A DNA stretch of 64,000 bases from a virus (IMGVR_UViG_3300027859_000009:1-64000), one strand, 5' to 3'. Shown: positions 17,882 to 28,710, counted from the stretch's first letter. Notes: a model not told the origin generated them from the sequence alone. Numbers and translations are program-made.

Positions 17882-19194
17882 ATTTTAGTCAAGATTACGA
17901 AAAAATATTTTTTAGACTTTCTTTAGAAAAAACAAAGTACCTTACTACAATAAAATCAGGTTTTTACTCTTCTGAAGAAATTGATATATTGTCAAATCTT
18001 TCTTTAAAATTTTATAATAAATTTAATGAAACTCCTAAAAAAGACCAGCTTAAATTATTAGTTGACAATGCACCTGGAGCTAAAGATAGAATAAGTGATA
18101 ATATTATAAATATAATATTTGATGTAAGCCTAGAAGAATATGACGAGGAATGGTTATTATCTACTGCAGAATCATGGATAAAATGGAGAAATTTTGATAC
18201 AACTTTAAACGATACTATTGAATTTGTAAAAACAACATCAGTAACTCCAGAAAATACAGACCATATAATTTCAAAAGTAAAGACATTAATTAATGAAAGA
18301 AATAATCTTACTTTTAATAGCGATATAGGTTTAGATTTCTTTGATGTAGACTCACATGACCAAAAAAGTACTGAAAAAATCAGTTCCGGATATAACTTTT
18401 TAGATAGAGTTTTAGAAGGCGGTTATGATAAAGGCGGTAACTTGGTAGTGTATGCTGGAGAACAAAACATTGGTAAATCAATATATTTAGCAAATGATGC
18501 TGCTGAATTTGTTAAAGCAGGTACAAATACTGCTGTAATTACAGCGGAAATGGCAGCTCACAAATTTGTTAAAAGAATAGGTTCGAACCTCTTAAGCATT
18601 CCAATTAATGAATATACTGAAAAGTCTAAAAATAAAGACTATGTAAAAAGAAAATTAGAAACAGTAGGAAATGGTTTTACTCCTCCAGGAAGTTTATTTA
18701 TCAAACAAATGCCAACTTCACAGGCAACTGTATTGGATATTGAAGCACATCTTTCTCAAATAGAAGAAGAAAAAGGAATAAAATTAGGCGCTGTAGTTAT
18801 TGACTACATAAACATATTGTGTAATTATAGAAACCCAAATAGTGAAAATACTTACATGAAAATTAAACAAATTGCAGAAGACCTTAGGGCAATGGGTGTA
18901 AGAAATAACTGGCTAATAATAACAGCAACTCAGATAACAAGAAATGGTTATAATTCAACAGACATTACAATGAACGACATTGCTGAATCTGCAGGTTTAT
19001 CGCATACTGCAGATGTAATGTTAGGAATTATTCAAGATGATATTATGAGAGCAAATGACGAGTATTGGCTTAAAATACTTAAAATAAGAGATGGTGAAGG
19101 TAAAGGTACAAAGTGCAAGCTTGATATCAATTGGAACTATCTAAGATTAAATGAAACTGATGAAATAACAACAAGCAATATACATTCAATATGA
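17878..19194 (+). CDS. Replicative DnaB-like helicase (gp41)
   Basis: GEQNIGKS, TAEM, VIDYINI, TATQ and AES.GL motifs. Confidence 0.92.
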   Translation: MNFSQDYEKIFFRLSLEKTKYLTTIKSGFYSSEEIDILSNLSLKFYNKFNETPKKDQLKLLVDNAPGAKDRISDNIINIIFDVSLEEYDEEWLLSTAESWIKWRNFDTTLNDTIEFVKTTSVTPENTDHIISKVKTLINERNNLTFNSDIGLDFFDVDSHDQKSTEKISSGYNFLDRVLEGGYDKGGNLVVYAGEQNIGKSIYLANDAAEFVKAGTNTAVITAEMAAHKFVKRIGSNLLSIPINEYTEKSKNKDYVKRKLETVGNGFTPPGSLFIKQMPTSQATVLDIEAHLSQIEEEKGIKLGAVVIDYINILCNYRNPNSENTYMKIKQIAEDLRAMGVRNNWLIITATQITRNGYNSTDITMNDIAESAGLSHTADVMLGIIQDDIMRANDEYWLKILKIRDGEGKGTKCKLDINWNYLRLNETDEITTSNIHSI

Positions 19195-19631
19195 GAAAAA
19201 AGACAGACAAAATATTTGATAATAATTTTGATTCACCGGAAAGTGAATTTGGTGGAAAAATATCTTTTAATTTAGACCCTAGTTTAGCAAGCGCAGATGA
19301 AGAAGATACTATTTATAGAGTTATGCTACAAAAAGAAATTCATGATTTAATTAATAATTCTAGATTTAGAAAATTTAACGAAATAGATGAATTTGCAAAT
19401 GCAATAAAATTAAAAAAATTAGACATTAATGAGGTGTACGGTTTCATGTTAGATGAATTGCTAGCAAATTATTCTAGAATAGATATATTTTCTGAAATGT
19501 CGAGTTATTTTAATATTCATCCTACAAAATTTTACAATTCATTATCTAATATATTTAAAGAAGGTTTAATAGAAGAACTAGATAAAAAAACCGGAGTACT
19601 TTCTAGAAAAAACATTAATAAATTATTTTAA
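19191..19631 (+). CDS. Hypothetical protein
   Basis: ATGA-coupled ORF in the replication operon. Confidence 0.7.
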   Translation: MRKKTDKIFDNNFDSPESEFGGKISFNLDPSLASADEEDTIYRVMLQKEIHDLINNSRFRKFNEIDEFANAIKLKKLDINEVYGFMLDELLANYSRIDIFSEMSSYFNIHPTKFYNSLSNIFKEGLIEELDKKTGVLSRKNINKLF

Positions 19632-19632
19632 T

Positions 19633-20748
19633 ATGATAAATCAAAAAGATTTAAAAAAACCAGTAAAAAGGGTTTGGGTCTTAGGTGATTTACATTTTGG
19701 AGTCAGATCAAATTCTTTAGAATGGTTAGAAATTCAAAAAGACTTTTTTGAAAACCTATTTATTCCTACACTTAAGAAACACTATAGACCTGGAGATGTT
19801 TTAGTGCAAGTAGGAGATACTTTTGATAATAGACAGAGTATTAATATAAGAGTTTTAAATTATGCTATAAACTTATTTGAAAGATTAGGTGAAATTCTTC
19901 CAGTTCATATCATTGTCGGTAACCATGATATATGGGCTAAAAAATCAAATAGTGTAACTTCAATCGATAGTCTTAAATGGATACCCAACGTTCAAGTTTA
20001 TACTGATCCGGAGATGTATGATTGGAATGATAGAAAAATATTACTTATGCCATGGAGAAGAGATTCTGCACATGAAGCAGAGACTCTTGCTGATAACCCA
20101 ACAAGTGAAATAGTATTTTGCCATTCAGAAGTCCGTGGAATTTATCTTAATTCTAAAGTTAAGAATCAACATGGAAATGAAAGTAATATTTATGATAAAT
20201 ATACAAGGGTTTATAGCGGACATATTCATTACAGACAAGAAAAAAATAAACTCTTAATGGTTGGGGTTCCATATCAACTTACCCGATCAGACATGAATAA
20301 TACTAAAGGATTTGATTTGGTAGATTTAGAAACAATGGAAGAGACTTTCTTTGAAAATAATATCAGTCCTAAATTTTTAAGGTACAATATTAAAATGCTA
20401 TATGATATGAGTCTTGGTAATTTTAAAGAGCAAATAGAAAATAATTTTATAGACCTTTACGTACCATCTGATGTTGCAACAACCTCAGCACTCTCAAATC
20501 TTATTAATAAAGTACAAAAAATCGGTAGAAAAATAGAACCAAATATTTATCAAGAAGATAATATGATTGATAAAGACCTCTACGATATCGATGAAATAGA
20601 AGAAATGCAAAAGAATTATAGTGTTTTAGGTTTATGTGAGAAGTTTATAGATTCATCTCACTATGATAAAAAACTGAAAAAAGAAATAAAACAAAAATTA
20701 GAAACTCTCTATAACTCCTGCGTAAACAACTATGATACAGACCAATGA
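19633..20748 (+). CDS. Recombination nuclease gp47 (Mre11/SbcD-like)
   Basis: GDLHFG, GDTFD, GNHD and SGHIH motifs. Confidence 0.92.
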   Translation: MINQKDLKKPVKRVWVLGDLHFGVRSNSLEWLEIQKDFFENLFIPTLKKHYRPGDVLVQVGDTFDNRQSINIRVLNYAINLFERLGEILPVHIIVGNHDIWAKKSNSVTSIDSLKWIPNVQVYTDPEMYDWNDRKILLMPWRRDSAHEAETLADNPTSEIVFCHSEVRGIYLNSKVKNQHGNESNIYDKYTRVYSGHIHYRQEKNKLLMVGVPYQLTRSDMNNTKGFDLVDLETMEETFFENNISPKFLRYNIKMLYDMSLGNFKEQIENNFIDLYVPSDVATTSALSNLINKVQKIGRKIEPNIYQEDNMIDKDLYDIDEIEEMQKNYSVLGLCEKFIDSSHYDKKLKKEIKQKLETLYNSCVNNYDTDQ

Positions 20749-22415
20749 GAATAAATAGTATAGAATTTAAAAACTTTGCAAGTTACGGAAATACTATTCA
20801 AAAGATAGAATTTGGTGATGAAGCTCAACTATATTTAACGTTGGGAAAGAATGGTCACGGAAAAACTACAATTGCTAATAGTATTATTTATGCCCTTTAT
20901 GGAAAGGTAGAAGGTGTAAAATTGGCAGATCTGCCAAATAGAATCAATAAAGAATTATGGGTAAAAATCAATTTAACATGTAAAGACATGCAGGTTGAGA
21001 TTGAAAGAGGTCTTATGCCCGGAAGATTTAAAGTCATGGTAAATGGTGTTGAATTTGACAAGGCTGGAAAAAGATCGGTACAAGAGTATTTGGAAGATGA
21101 GATATTCGGTATACCCTACCACGTCTTTAAAAACATTATTATTTTAAGTATTAATGATTTTAAGTCTTTTTTAACCATGTCATCAGGTGATAAGAAACAG
21201 ATAATCGATAAAATGTTCGGCTTCTCTGTCTTAAATGATATGTTTAGAGAGGTTAAAGAAGAGAGAAAACAGATTAAAATGGAAGTTGACTCTTATAATT
21301 CTGAACTGAATCAGATTATGGAATCAATTTCTTCTGTAAAATATAAACTTAATAATCTTTTAGAAGAGAGTTCTAAAAAAGATAAGGCAAAAATAGAAGA
21401 GTTAAAAGAAAATCTTTTAGGTTATGGAGAAGATATTCAAAAGCTGAATGAAGCTAAATCTTCTATTTCTACAAAACTGGAAGAGTATTCTGAAGTTACT
21501 ACAAAAACTTCAAATGAAGAAGGAGACCTTGTCAGAGAAAATAGATATATTGAAGATAAAATAGAGCTTTATAAAAAGGGTAAATGTCCAACTTGCGAAA
21601 CAAGTTTAACTTCAACCGAGCATTTGAATAGACTTGCTGATTGGAAAGTTGACAAGGAAACAAATGAATCTAAAATAGATGAACTTAAAACTTTGATAAA
21701 AGATACTGAAGAAAAAGTATCAGCCCTTAAAACTAAAAAGAAACAAGTAGAGACCAGATCGACAAGCATCAAATATTCTATTAAAGAAATAAAGGACGAG
21801 CTGATTAAAATAAAAGAGACTACAAAAAACGCTAGTCAATTTCAGCATCTTAAACAGATAATAAAAGACTTTGAAAAAACAGAAAAAGAAAAAAGTAAAA
21901 AGAAGGTTGTTGTAGAAAAAGAAGACGCCTTTATGACTATTCTTGAAGAAGTTTTAGGAGAAGATGGAGTTAAAAACTTGGCAGTAAAAACTATCCTACC
22001 TGGATTAAATGCAAATATTGCAATGATGGTTCAAACAATGCACCTTCCATTCCATATTAAATTTGACGAAAAGTTCAATTGTATAGTAAATCATTTAGGA
22101 GAAGAAATTAACCCGTTAACACTGTCAACAGGAGAGAGAAAGAAAGCTGACTTTATAGTTATAATAGCTATTATAAAAATATTAAAACTGAGATTCCCTC
22201 AATTAAATCTAATGTTCTTAGACGAACTATTAAGCTCTGTCGACCAAGACGGAGTCTACAATATTCTCAAAATATTAAATGAGGTTATAAAAGAGAATGG
22301 ATTAAATACATTTGTAATAAATCACACTGAATTACCACATGAAATTTTCGACCAAAAAATACAAATATATAGAGAAAACGGCTTCTCTAAATTTGAGATA
22401 GAGAAGATTGATTAA
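20745..22415 (+). CDS. Recombination ATPase gp46 (Rad50/SbcC-like)
   Basis: GKNGHGKTT, CPTC zinc hook, LSTGE and FLDE motifs. Confidence 0.93.
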   Translation: MRINSIEFKNFASYGNTIQKIEFGDEAQLYLTLGKNGHGKTTIANSIIYALYGKVEGVKLADLPNRINKELWVKINLTCKDMQVEIERGLMPGRFKVMVNGVEFDKAGKRSVQEYLEDEIFGIPYHVFKNIIILSINDFKSFLTMSSGDKKQIIDKMFGFSVLNDMFREVKEERKQIKMEVDSYNSELNQIMESISSVKYKLNNLLEESSKKDKAKIEELKENLLGYGEDIQKLNEAKSSISTKLEEYSEVTTKTSNEEGDLVRENRYIEDKIELYKKGKCPTCETSLTSTEHLNRLADWKVDKETNESKIDELKTLIKDTEEKVSALKTKKKQVETRSTSIKYSIKEIKDELIKIKETTKNASQFQHLKQIIKDFEKTEKEKSKKKVVVEKEDAFMTILEEVLGEDGVKNLAVKTILPGLNANIAMMVQTMHLPFHIKFDEKFNCIVNHLGEEINPLTLSTGERKKADFIVIIAIIKILKLRFPQLNLMFLDELLSSVDQDGVYNILKILNEVIKENGLNTFVINHTELPHEIFDQKIQIYRENGFSKFEIEKID

Positions 22416-22429
22416 AAATATTTGATATT

Positions 22430-22741
22430 ATGAAAATATTAGAAACATTCAACCAGTTTATTAATGAATCAGTAAATGTTGATGAATTAATAAAAGGTCT
22501 AGAAAAAGAATTCTCTTGGAATCAAGGATCTGCTAAAGAAATGACAACAAGTCCTGATTTTGCTTTTAGAAGAGGTGCTAAAGATGATAAAAACATTTTT
22601 ATAACATATAGCGGTATGAAAGGCCAGTCAATTGCAAAAGATATTAGACAGTTTATCAAAGATTCCGGTGCAAAAGCATTACAAGTTGAAAAAGAAAACG
22701 GCGATAACGAGCACTATTACCATATAGAAATTAAAAGATAA
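22430..22741 (+). CDS. Putative internal head protein
   Basis: N-terminus MKILETFNQFINE (CTS-like). Confidence 0.55.
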   Translation: MKILETFNQFINESVNVDELIKGLEKEFSWNQGSAKEMTTSPDFAFRRGAKDDKNIFITYSGMKGQSIAKDIRQFIKDSGAKALQVEKENGDNEHYYHIEIKR

Positions 22742-22742
22742 T

Positions 22743-23507
22743 ATGGCAACTTATAACTTAAAGTTTAATAAAGATGATAGTGTGGTTAGACACCTTATTA
22801 TTGGCTTGCTTGCCGACTTAAATAAAAAAGTAACATTTTGGAGACAGTTAGACAATGAAACACGGTCATTAGTAGACGTTCCATTTTACTACTCAATAAC
22901 AGGCGATGAAAATTTTGTAAAAGATAATTTTTTATTTTCTACAGCAAATGGTCTAGATTGTGCACCCAATCCTGAAAAAGCAGATGGTAATTATGACGCT
23001 GTACCTAGAGGAGTAGTCAACATGTCGTCATTATCAATAGATGCTTCTAAATTAATTAATAAAAGGAATAGAGGTAATTTTTCTAAAATGACTGACCAGG
23101 GAATTTTAGAAGGTTATCAAGCTGAATTTGAATTAATTCCAATAACAGTAGGTGTAGATATTGAAATAATACTTTCTAGCCAATTAGATATTTTTAAATG
23201 CAGCGAAGAAATAATTAAAAGACTTTACAAATCAAATCAATATAATGTCGAAGTAGGTCACTTAGACGAAGGACTTTATAGAATGGCAGCATACTATGCA
23301 ATGCCAGATGAATATTCAAACGAAAGACCGGTAGAATTTTCTTTTGATGATAAAGGACAATATAAAATAACATTTAGTTTAGAAATTAACTCTTTTATTC
23401 CTTCTATAAACTTCGATACAGAACAACATGCTGGAAATAGGGTGTTTGGTTTTACTAGCGGATTGACTGACGGTAAAGAAATAGACCAACAACAAACAAA
23501 TCAATAA
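22743..23507 (+). CDS. Tail sheath stabiliser/terminator (gp15-like)
   Basis: VPFYY, VPRG and P..V...I pattern of the gp15 family. Confidence 0.6.
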   Translation: MATYNLKFNKDDSVVRHLIIGLLADLNKKVTFWRQLDNETRSLVDVPFYYSITGDENFVKDNFLFSTANGLDCAPNPEKADGNYDAVPRGVVNMSSLSIDASKLINKRNRGNFSKMTDQGILEGYQAEFELIPITVGVDIEIILSSQLDIFKCSEEIIKRLYKSNQYNVEVGHLDEGLYRMAAYYAMPDEYSNERPVEFSFDDKGQYKITFSLEINSFIPSINFDTEQHAGNRVFGFTSGLTDGKEIDQQQTNQ

Positions 23508-23547
23508 TTTTTAAAGGATATATAAAAAAAATAAAATAATATTAAAA

Positions 23548-24702
23548 ATGGCAAAAGTTACACAAAACATTATCTCGCCTATTCATGTTAATGAAGACGA
23601 ATCTACCTACATTTCTTTAGATGGTAAGGCGTTTTTAGTAAAAGAAAACGAGATTACAGAAGCAGAAATGACATCGGCACCAAACGAGTTTAAAAACCTA
23701 GTAGTGGCCCTTGATAAATTTAAAGTTACAAACGAAGGAGTTGCATGGTATCATGGAATTTCTAGATTTAGATATAATAAAGAAGATAATAAATTCTTTA
23801 TTTCTAACTCAGAAGTTTTAAGTGAAAGTTTTAAAAACCACTTATTAGCAACAGGACTTGTAAGCTACTCTTTAAATCCAATGATTGACTTATTTGAAAA
23901 TGCAGCTAAAAATCATGATAAATTTGTATCATTAGAATTTGCTAGTAAAATTTCAAATAAGAATATCCACTGCTATGTTATGGAGCAAAATGGAAATTTC
24001 TTTGTATATAAAATCAATGAATCAAATAAAATCTATAAGTTTGAAAAAATGACTGCTAGTGAATGTTTTGATTATGTTAAAGAGCAAACTGGCCACGAAT
24101 TAATAATGGCTTCAGAATTACTTGAGGGTGAAAGAGCTCAAGCAGCTGAAACTCACAAGAAAATAGAGATTTTAGAACAAATGATAGCATTCTTAAAAGA
24201 CCAAAGAGGAGTTATTGCAGAAGCTGATAAATCTATTGAAGAAATAAAAGAAGCAGATACTTTAATTAATTCAGAAATCAAAAGATTAGAAGAAGAAATT
24301 TTAAAAATAGAAGAAGCTAAAAACGAAGGAGAAGGAAATGACCCAGTAGAATTAGAAGATGAAACTAACGAAGTTGATTCTGACGAAGCTAGAGAAGAAT
24401 TAGGAGAAGAAGCAGATAAAGAAGTACCTGAAGACGAAGGAGAAGAAGGTGCAAAAGAAGTAGCTGAAAAAAAAACTAACGAGGCCGAGCTAGAAGAAGA
24501 CCACGTTAGCAGAACTAATGGTTATGTTCCTGGAACTCTTAAATTTGGAATCGAAAAATATGCTGAAGGAACTGAAGTAAAAGTAGATGCAGAAGGTTAC
24601 ACAACATCAGGTCAAGATGAATCAATTACTGTTTTTGTAGGAGATACTCCAGTAAAAGTTACTAAAAGAGAAGTTGCATTAGCAGATACTGAAACAATTT
24701 AA
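23548..24702 (+). CDS. Late hypothetical protein with acidic C-terminal linker
   Basis: GATATATA at 23517; coiled coil plus Glu-rich stretch. Confidence 0.7.
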   Translation: MAKVTQNIISPIHVNEDESTYISLDGKAFLVKENEITEAEMTSAPNEFKNLVVALDKFKVTNEGVAWYHGISRFRYNKEDNKFFISNSEVLSESFKNHLLATGLVSYSLNPMIDLFENAAKNHDKFVSLEFASKISNKNIHCYVMEQNGNFFVYKINESNKIYKFEKMTASECFDYVKEQTGHELIMASELLEGERAQAAETHKKIEILEQMIAFLKDQRGVIAEADKSIEEIKEADTLINSEIKRLEEEILKIEEAKNEGEGNDPVELEDETNEVDSDEAREELGEEADKEVPEDEGEEGAKEVAEKKTNEAELEEDHVSRTNGYVPGTLKFGIEKYAEGTEVKVDAEGYTTSGQDESITVFVGDTPVKVTKREVALADTETI

Positions 24703-24724
24703 AAAAATAGTCTATAATATACAG

Positions 24725-25093
24725 ATGAAAAAAGTAAACAATTTTGAAAGTTTTTTAAATGAAGGATTTAGCCAAGCTTACAACACCAGAACGCTAAAAG
24801 GTATTACATTTTCGTTACCACCATGGGAGCACGTAGATGATATGTTTAAAAAAGGAGATGAATTTGAAATAGCCTTTAATCAAAGAGCAGATACTGAAAA
24901 AATTTGGAATGACATTAGAAAGGCTCAAAAAGAACATAAAGCTGTTAAGGCAATGAATATTGGTTGGATGTCAAATGAATTTCATGATGCTATCATTTCA
25001 GTTAAAGATGGAAATTACCCAGGTTTGACATATCTTTTTAAAGCATTAGATAAACATTATGGTAAATTCGGCGCAGCGATGGGTTGGAGATAA
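24725..25093 (+). CDS. Putative internal head protein
   Basis: N-terminus MKKVNNFESFLNE (CTS-like). Confidence 0.55.
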   Translation: MKKVNNFESFLNEGFSQAYNTRTLKGITFSLPPWEHVDDMFKKGDEFEIAFNQRADTEKIWNDIRKAQKEHKAVKAMNIGWMSNEFHDAIISVKDGNYPGLTYLFKALDKHYGKFGAAMGWR

Positions 25094-25113
25094 ACACCAA
25101 ATAAACTTACTAC

Positions 25114-25145
25114 AAAGGGCTAAATGAAACATTTGGCCCTTTTTT
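25114..25145 (+). terminator. Intrinsic terminator overlapping a middle promoter
   Basis: AAAGGGCTAAATG-AAA-CATTTGGCCCTTT plus T-run. Confidence 0.8.
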
Positions 25146-25172
25146 CATATAATAAAGTAAAATATACAAATA

Positions 25173-25553
25173 ATGCCTAGAAAAAAGAATTATTTAAACA
25201 ACAAAGACCTTAGAGAGCAAATAATAATTTCTTTAGAACAAGATGAATTAACTAGAGAAGCTCAAAAAATGCTACAATTATTGGCTGAAAAAACAATTAA
25301 TAAATTAAGATATGCTAATGAGGATGATAGAAAGGATTGCCTTCAATTCGCTCTTTTAGACCTTTTAAAATATTGGAGAGGTTACAAGCCTCAATACCCA
25401 AATGCATTTGCATATTATACTGAAATAGCAAAAAGAGGTTATGCAAAAGGATGGAATAAACTTCATCCCCACAAATATAAAGGAACGCTTTCAATGGATA
25501 GAATTAATTCTAATGATAGCGATTCAGGAAATTCAGGAATGTTTAATATTTAA
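25173..25553 (+). CDS. gp55-like late-transcription sigma factor
   Basis: NYLNNKDL and NAFAYYTEI match the gp55 Y.NN / NPFAYFTQI motifs. Confidence 0.8.
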   Translation: MPRKKNYLNNKDLREQIIISLEQDELTREAQKMLQLLAEKTINKLRYANEDDRKDCLQFALLDLLKYWRGYKPQYPNAFAYYTEIAKRGYAKGWNKLHPHKYKGTLSMDRINSNDSDSGNSGMFNI

Positions 25554-25554
25554 A

Positions 25555-26028
25555 ATGTCCATAAAAAATAATAAGCCTTCTGGCAATTCCAACTGGAATC
25601 AGGGTTATTATAACCCTGTATATCCCCAAAAATACACTGGAAAAGGACCTATTATATATAGAAGCTCATGGGAGTTAAAATTTATGAAAATGTGCGATAA
25701 TAGAGAAGATATTGTACTATGGTCAAGTGAACCGGTAGAAATAAAATATTGGAGTTCGCTTGACAATAAAGAACATTCATATTTTCCAGATTTTTATATC
25801 AAAGTTAAAAAAGATGAAAGTTTTGAAGAAACTTTGATAGAAATTAAACCAGAAGAGCAAATAAAAAAACCACAACCACCTACAAAAAATAGTAAACAAG
25901 CTCTTAAAAACTATAAATTTCTTGCAGAGCAGTTCATAAAAAATAGAGATAAATATAAATATGCACAAGAATGGGCAAAGTCAAGAGGCTGGAGATTTGT
26001 AGTCATGACAGAAAAAAGTCTTAAATAA
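25555..26028 (+). CDS. Head completion nuclease (gp4, TnsA-like)
   Basis: P.KY.G....YRSSWE, WSSE, YFPDF and IEIKP motifs. Start at ATG 25555. Confidence 0.9.
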   Translation: MSIKNNKPSGNSNWNQGYYNPVYPQKYTGKGPIIYRSSWELKFMKMCDNREDIVLWSSEPVEIKYWSSLDNKEHSYFPDFYIKVKKDESFEETLIEIKPEEQIKKPQPPTKNSKQALKNYKFLAEQFIKNRDKYKYAQEWAKSRGWRFVVMTEKSLK

Positions 26029-26618
26029 TGGGTCAAGTTAGAAACGATATAAAAAAACTAATTAAAGAAAATGGAAGTTTAGCTAAGGCTTCTTCTGCTT
26101 CTCAAGATTGGTTTGATGCTGGTAAAAAATCTGTAAATGAAAAAGGTGCAAGTTTTACCTCTAAAAGGTTTTTTCCAGGAAAAATATACATTTTTAGATA
26201 TACGCCTTTAAATTCAAAAAATCTACCATGGTTTGATAAAAACCCAGTAGTTTTAGCTTTAGACCCTGCAGGTGCAAATGATGTTGGAATAAATTTAAAC
26301 CTTTTACCAAAAGATGTAAAAGAAAATTTATTAGATAAGGTATATAGTATGTTTGAGGCAGAAATTAAAAGTAATTCAGTAGGAGGTGCAGCAAATAACG
26401 TTAAAAGACAAAAGCATCTATCAATGACTTGGGAAAATATGAAAGGTTTTTTAAAAGGACCTGGATATGATTTTGCGTTAAGGCAATACATTGTTGGTAG
26501 AAAGTCTGCACAGGCATTTGTTAGTTATGAAAACTGGGCAAAAATAGTATTATGTGATTTTGCAGATTTGCAAGGAACTTCGTATGCTGAATTAGAAAGG
26601 CTTTTTAAAAAGAAATAG
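26028..26618 (+). CDS. DNA end protector (gp2-like)
   Basis: GKIY.F.Y, LPWFD..P.V and GINLNLLP motifs. Confidence 0.8.
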   Translation: MGQVRNDIKKLIKENGSLAKASSASQDWFDAGKKSVNEKGASFTSKRFFPGKIYIFRYTPLNSKNLPWFDKNPVVLALDPAGANDVGINLNLLPKDVKENLLDKVYSMFEAEIKSNSVGGAANNVKRQKHLSMTWENMKGFLKGPGYDFALRQYIVGRKSAQAFVSYENWAKIVLCDFADLQGTSYAELERLFKKK

Positions 26619-26657
26619 AATAAAAAGAATATATAAATTGAAAAAGTATTAAAAATT

Positions 26658-28259
26658 ATGGCAGGTTTTGCAGATAAGGACCCTAGAAATGGGCCTTTTA
26701 GTACAGGTAAAAGACCATTTAGTCTAAGTAATACACTAAAAAGATTATCTTCATTTGGTATGAGATATGATGATTTAGTACTTAGGCAATCACAGGCTAT
26801 TGGTCCTTTAGAAGATAAATTCGGATATGGCGACATTAACCCTATGGGTATTGACGATGATAATATGTATGCGGCATTTGCTGCATTATCAATGGCCGAT
26901 ACAACAATGCGAAAAAATGTACCTTTTTTCGATCAGCAATATGTTGTAAAAAGAGAAGAACTTAGAAGATTTTCAGTAAATGATGAAATTGAAGATATTT
27001 TAGATATTCTTTGTGATGAAACAATAGTATATGATAATAAAAATTTCTTTGGTTCTCCTGAAATATTAGGAGTTGAGGTTTCTGATGGAATTCAAAAAGA
27101 CTTAAATAGATATTTTAGACAAATATATCATGCATTTGGATTTAATTCAGATCAATCTGCTTGGTACTACTTTAGGAAATGGTTAATTGACGGATATCTT
27201 GCATTTGAAATTATTTATTCACCAGATCAATCAGAAATTATAGGTTTTAAAGAATTAGACCCAGTAAGTTTAATTCCTGGATATAATAAAGATGATGGTA
27301 AAAAAGTTTGGATTCAATTTAAGGATGACCCTGTAAAAGAAAGAACTCTTTATGATTCTCAAGTAATTTATCTTTCTTATTCTTCAATAACTACAGCCTC
27401 TAGAGTATCTTATGTTGAAAGATTAACAAGGTCATTTAACTTATTAAGAATTATGGAGCACACCAGGGTAATTTGGGCTGTTACTAATAGTTCATATAGA
27501 ATGAAATTTGTAATACCTGTAGGTGGTAAATCTAAGACTAGAGCAAAACAATCTTTAGCACAACTTATGAATTCGTATAAAGAAGTTGTTGATTTTGATT
27601 GGGAATCTGCTTCAATGCAAACAAATGGACAGCCAATGTTACAATTTAATAAAGAGTATTGGTTACCAAGTAAAGACGGAGATAGTCCAGAAATAGAAAC
27701 ATTAGATAGTTCAGGTCCGGACCTTTCAGACACAGAAGCATTAAAATATTTTAGTGATAAATTAAAACACGTTTCTAAAATACCGTATTCAAGATTTTTA
27801 TATGAAGATGGAGGTGGAGACTTTAATCTTGCTGCAGATGGAATGATTAGAGATGAAATAAAATTCAGTAAATTTGTTAAGAGACTTAGAGCAGCTTTCC
27901 AAGAAATTTTAGTTAAGCCTCTTTATTTACAAATGTGCATTAAATATAAAGACCTTTCTGAAGACCCACAATTTAAAACTCAAGTGGCTTTAAGATATTA
28001 TAAAGATAATGATTTTGCAGCATTAAAAGAAATGGAAATCATGGAACGTAGATTAGACTTCGTTTCAACAATGAGAGATTCATTGATGACAACAAATCAA
28101 GAAACTATGGAAGAAGAATACTACTTTGATATGGAGTTCTTAGTTGATAGATATCTGCAGCTTAGCCCAGATGATATTGCAGCAAATGCAGCGGCTAAAG
28201 CTAAGGAAGAAAGAGAAAAAGAAGAAGCACCTGAGCCAGAAGACCCAATGGCAATGTAA
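26658..28259 (+). CDS. Portal vertex protein (gp20)
   Basis: RKWLIDG, LRIME...IW, EYWLP..DG...EIETL, KIP.SR and IRDEIKF.KF motifs. Confidence 0.95.
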   Translation: MAGFADKDPRNGPFSTGKRPFSLSNTLKRLSSFGMRYDDLVLRQSQAIGPLEDKFGYGDINPMGIDDDNMYAAFAALSMADTTMRKNVPFFDQQYVVKREELRRFSVNDEIEDILDILCDETIVYDNKNFFGSPEILGVEVSDGIQKDLNRYFRQIYHAFGFNSDQSAWYYFRKWLIDGYLAFEIIYSPDQSEIIGFKELDPVSLIPGYNKDDGKKVWIQFKDDPVKERTLYDSQVIYLSYSSITTASRVSYVERLTRSFNLLRIMEHTRVIWAVTNSSYRMKFVIPVGGKSKTRAKQSLAQLMNSYKEVVDFDWESASMQTNGQPMLQFNKEYWLPSKDGDSPEIETLDSSGPDLSDTEALKYFSDKLKHVSKIPYSRFLYEDGGGDFNLAADGMIRDEIKFSKFVKRLRAAFQEILVKPLYLQMCIKYKDLSEDPQFKTQVALRYYKDNDFAALKEMEIMERRLDFVSTMRDSLMTTNQETMEEEYYFDMEFLVDRYLQLSPDDIAANAAAKAKEEREKEEAPEPEDPMAM

Positions 28260-28277
28260 AAAAAAGATATATAAAAC

Positions 28278-28664
28278 ATGAAAATACAAAGAATAACATC
28301 GTACGAACAATTTTCAAGAGTTTTCGGTCCTATAAGTGAGGAAAAGAAAGAATCTTTATCTTCTATTAAAGCAGGTGATGAAAGTAAAGTTGAAGTATCA
28401 GATCAAAAAACTTCAGATGGTAAAATTATTTCTGCACAGGAGATTCTAGGTCAAATAATTGCTTCTGAAACAGAAGGAGATTTTAAAAAATATTTTTATG
28501 ATAAGTATGGAACTACTAAATTCGATACTGAGACAATGGGACAAATGGTAACAACTTACCAGGAATATAATAAAGAACTTGCAGCTGAAGAAAAGGAAGA
28601 AGAAAAGGAAGGCGGTGAAGGTGAAGGAGGTGAAGAAGATCCACTTGCAGGACTAGATGTTTAA
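28278..28664 (+). CDS. Small acidic prohead-core-like protein
   Basis: Between portal and protease (gp67/68 position); GATATATA at 28266; SYEQF N-terminus. Confidence 0.55.
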   Translation: MKIQRITSYEQFSRVFGPISEEKKESLSSIKAGDESKVEVSDQKTSDGKIISAQEILGQIIASETEGDFKKYFYDKYGTTKFDTETMGQMVTTYQEYNKELAAEEKEEEKEGGEGEGGEEDPLAGLDV

Positions 28665-28710
28665 AAAATAAAATTTTATTAAAGATATATACAAAAAATA
28701 AGAAACAAAA

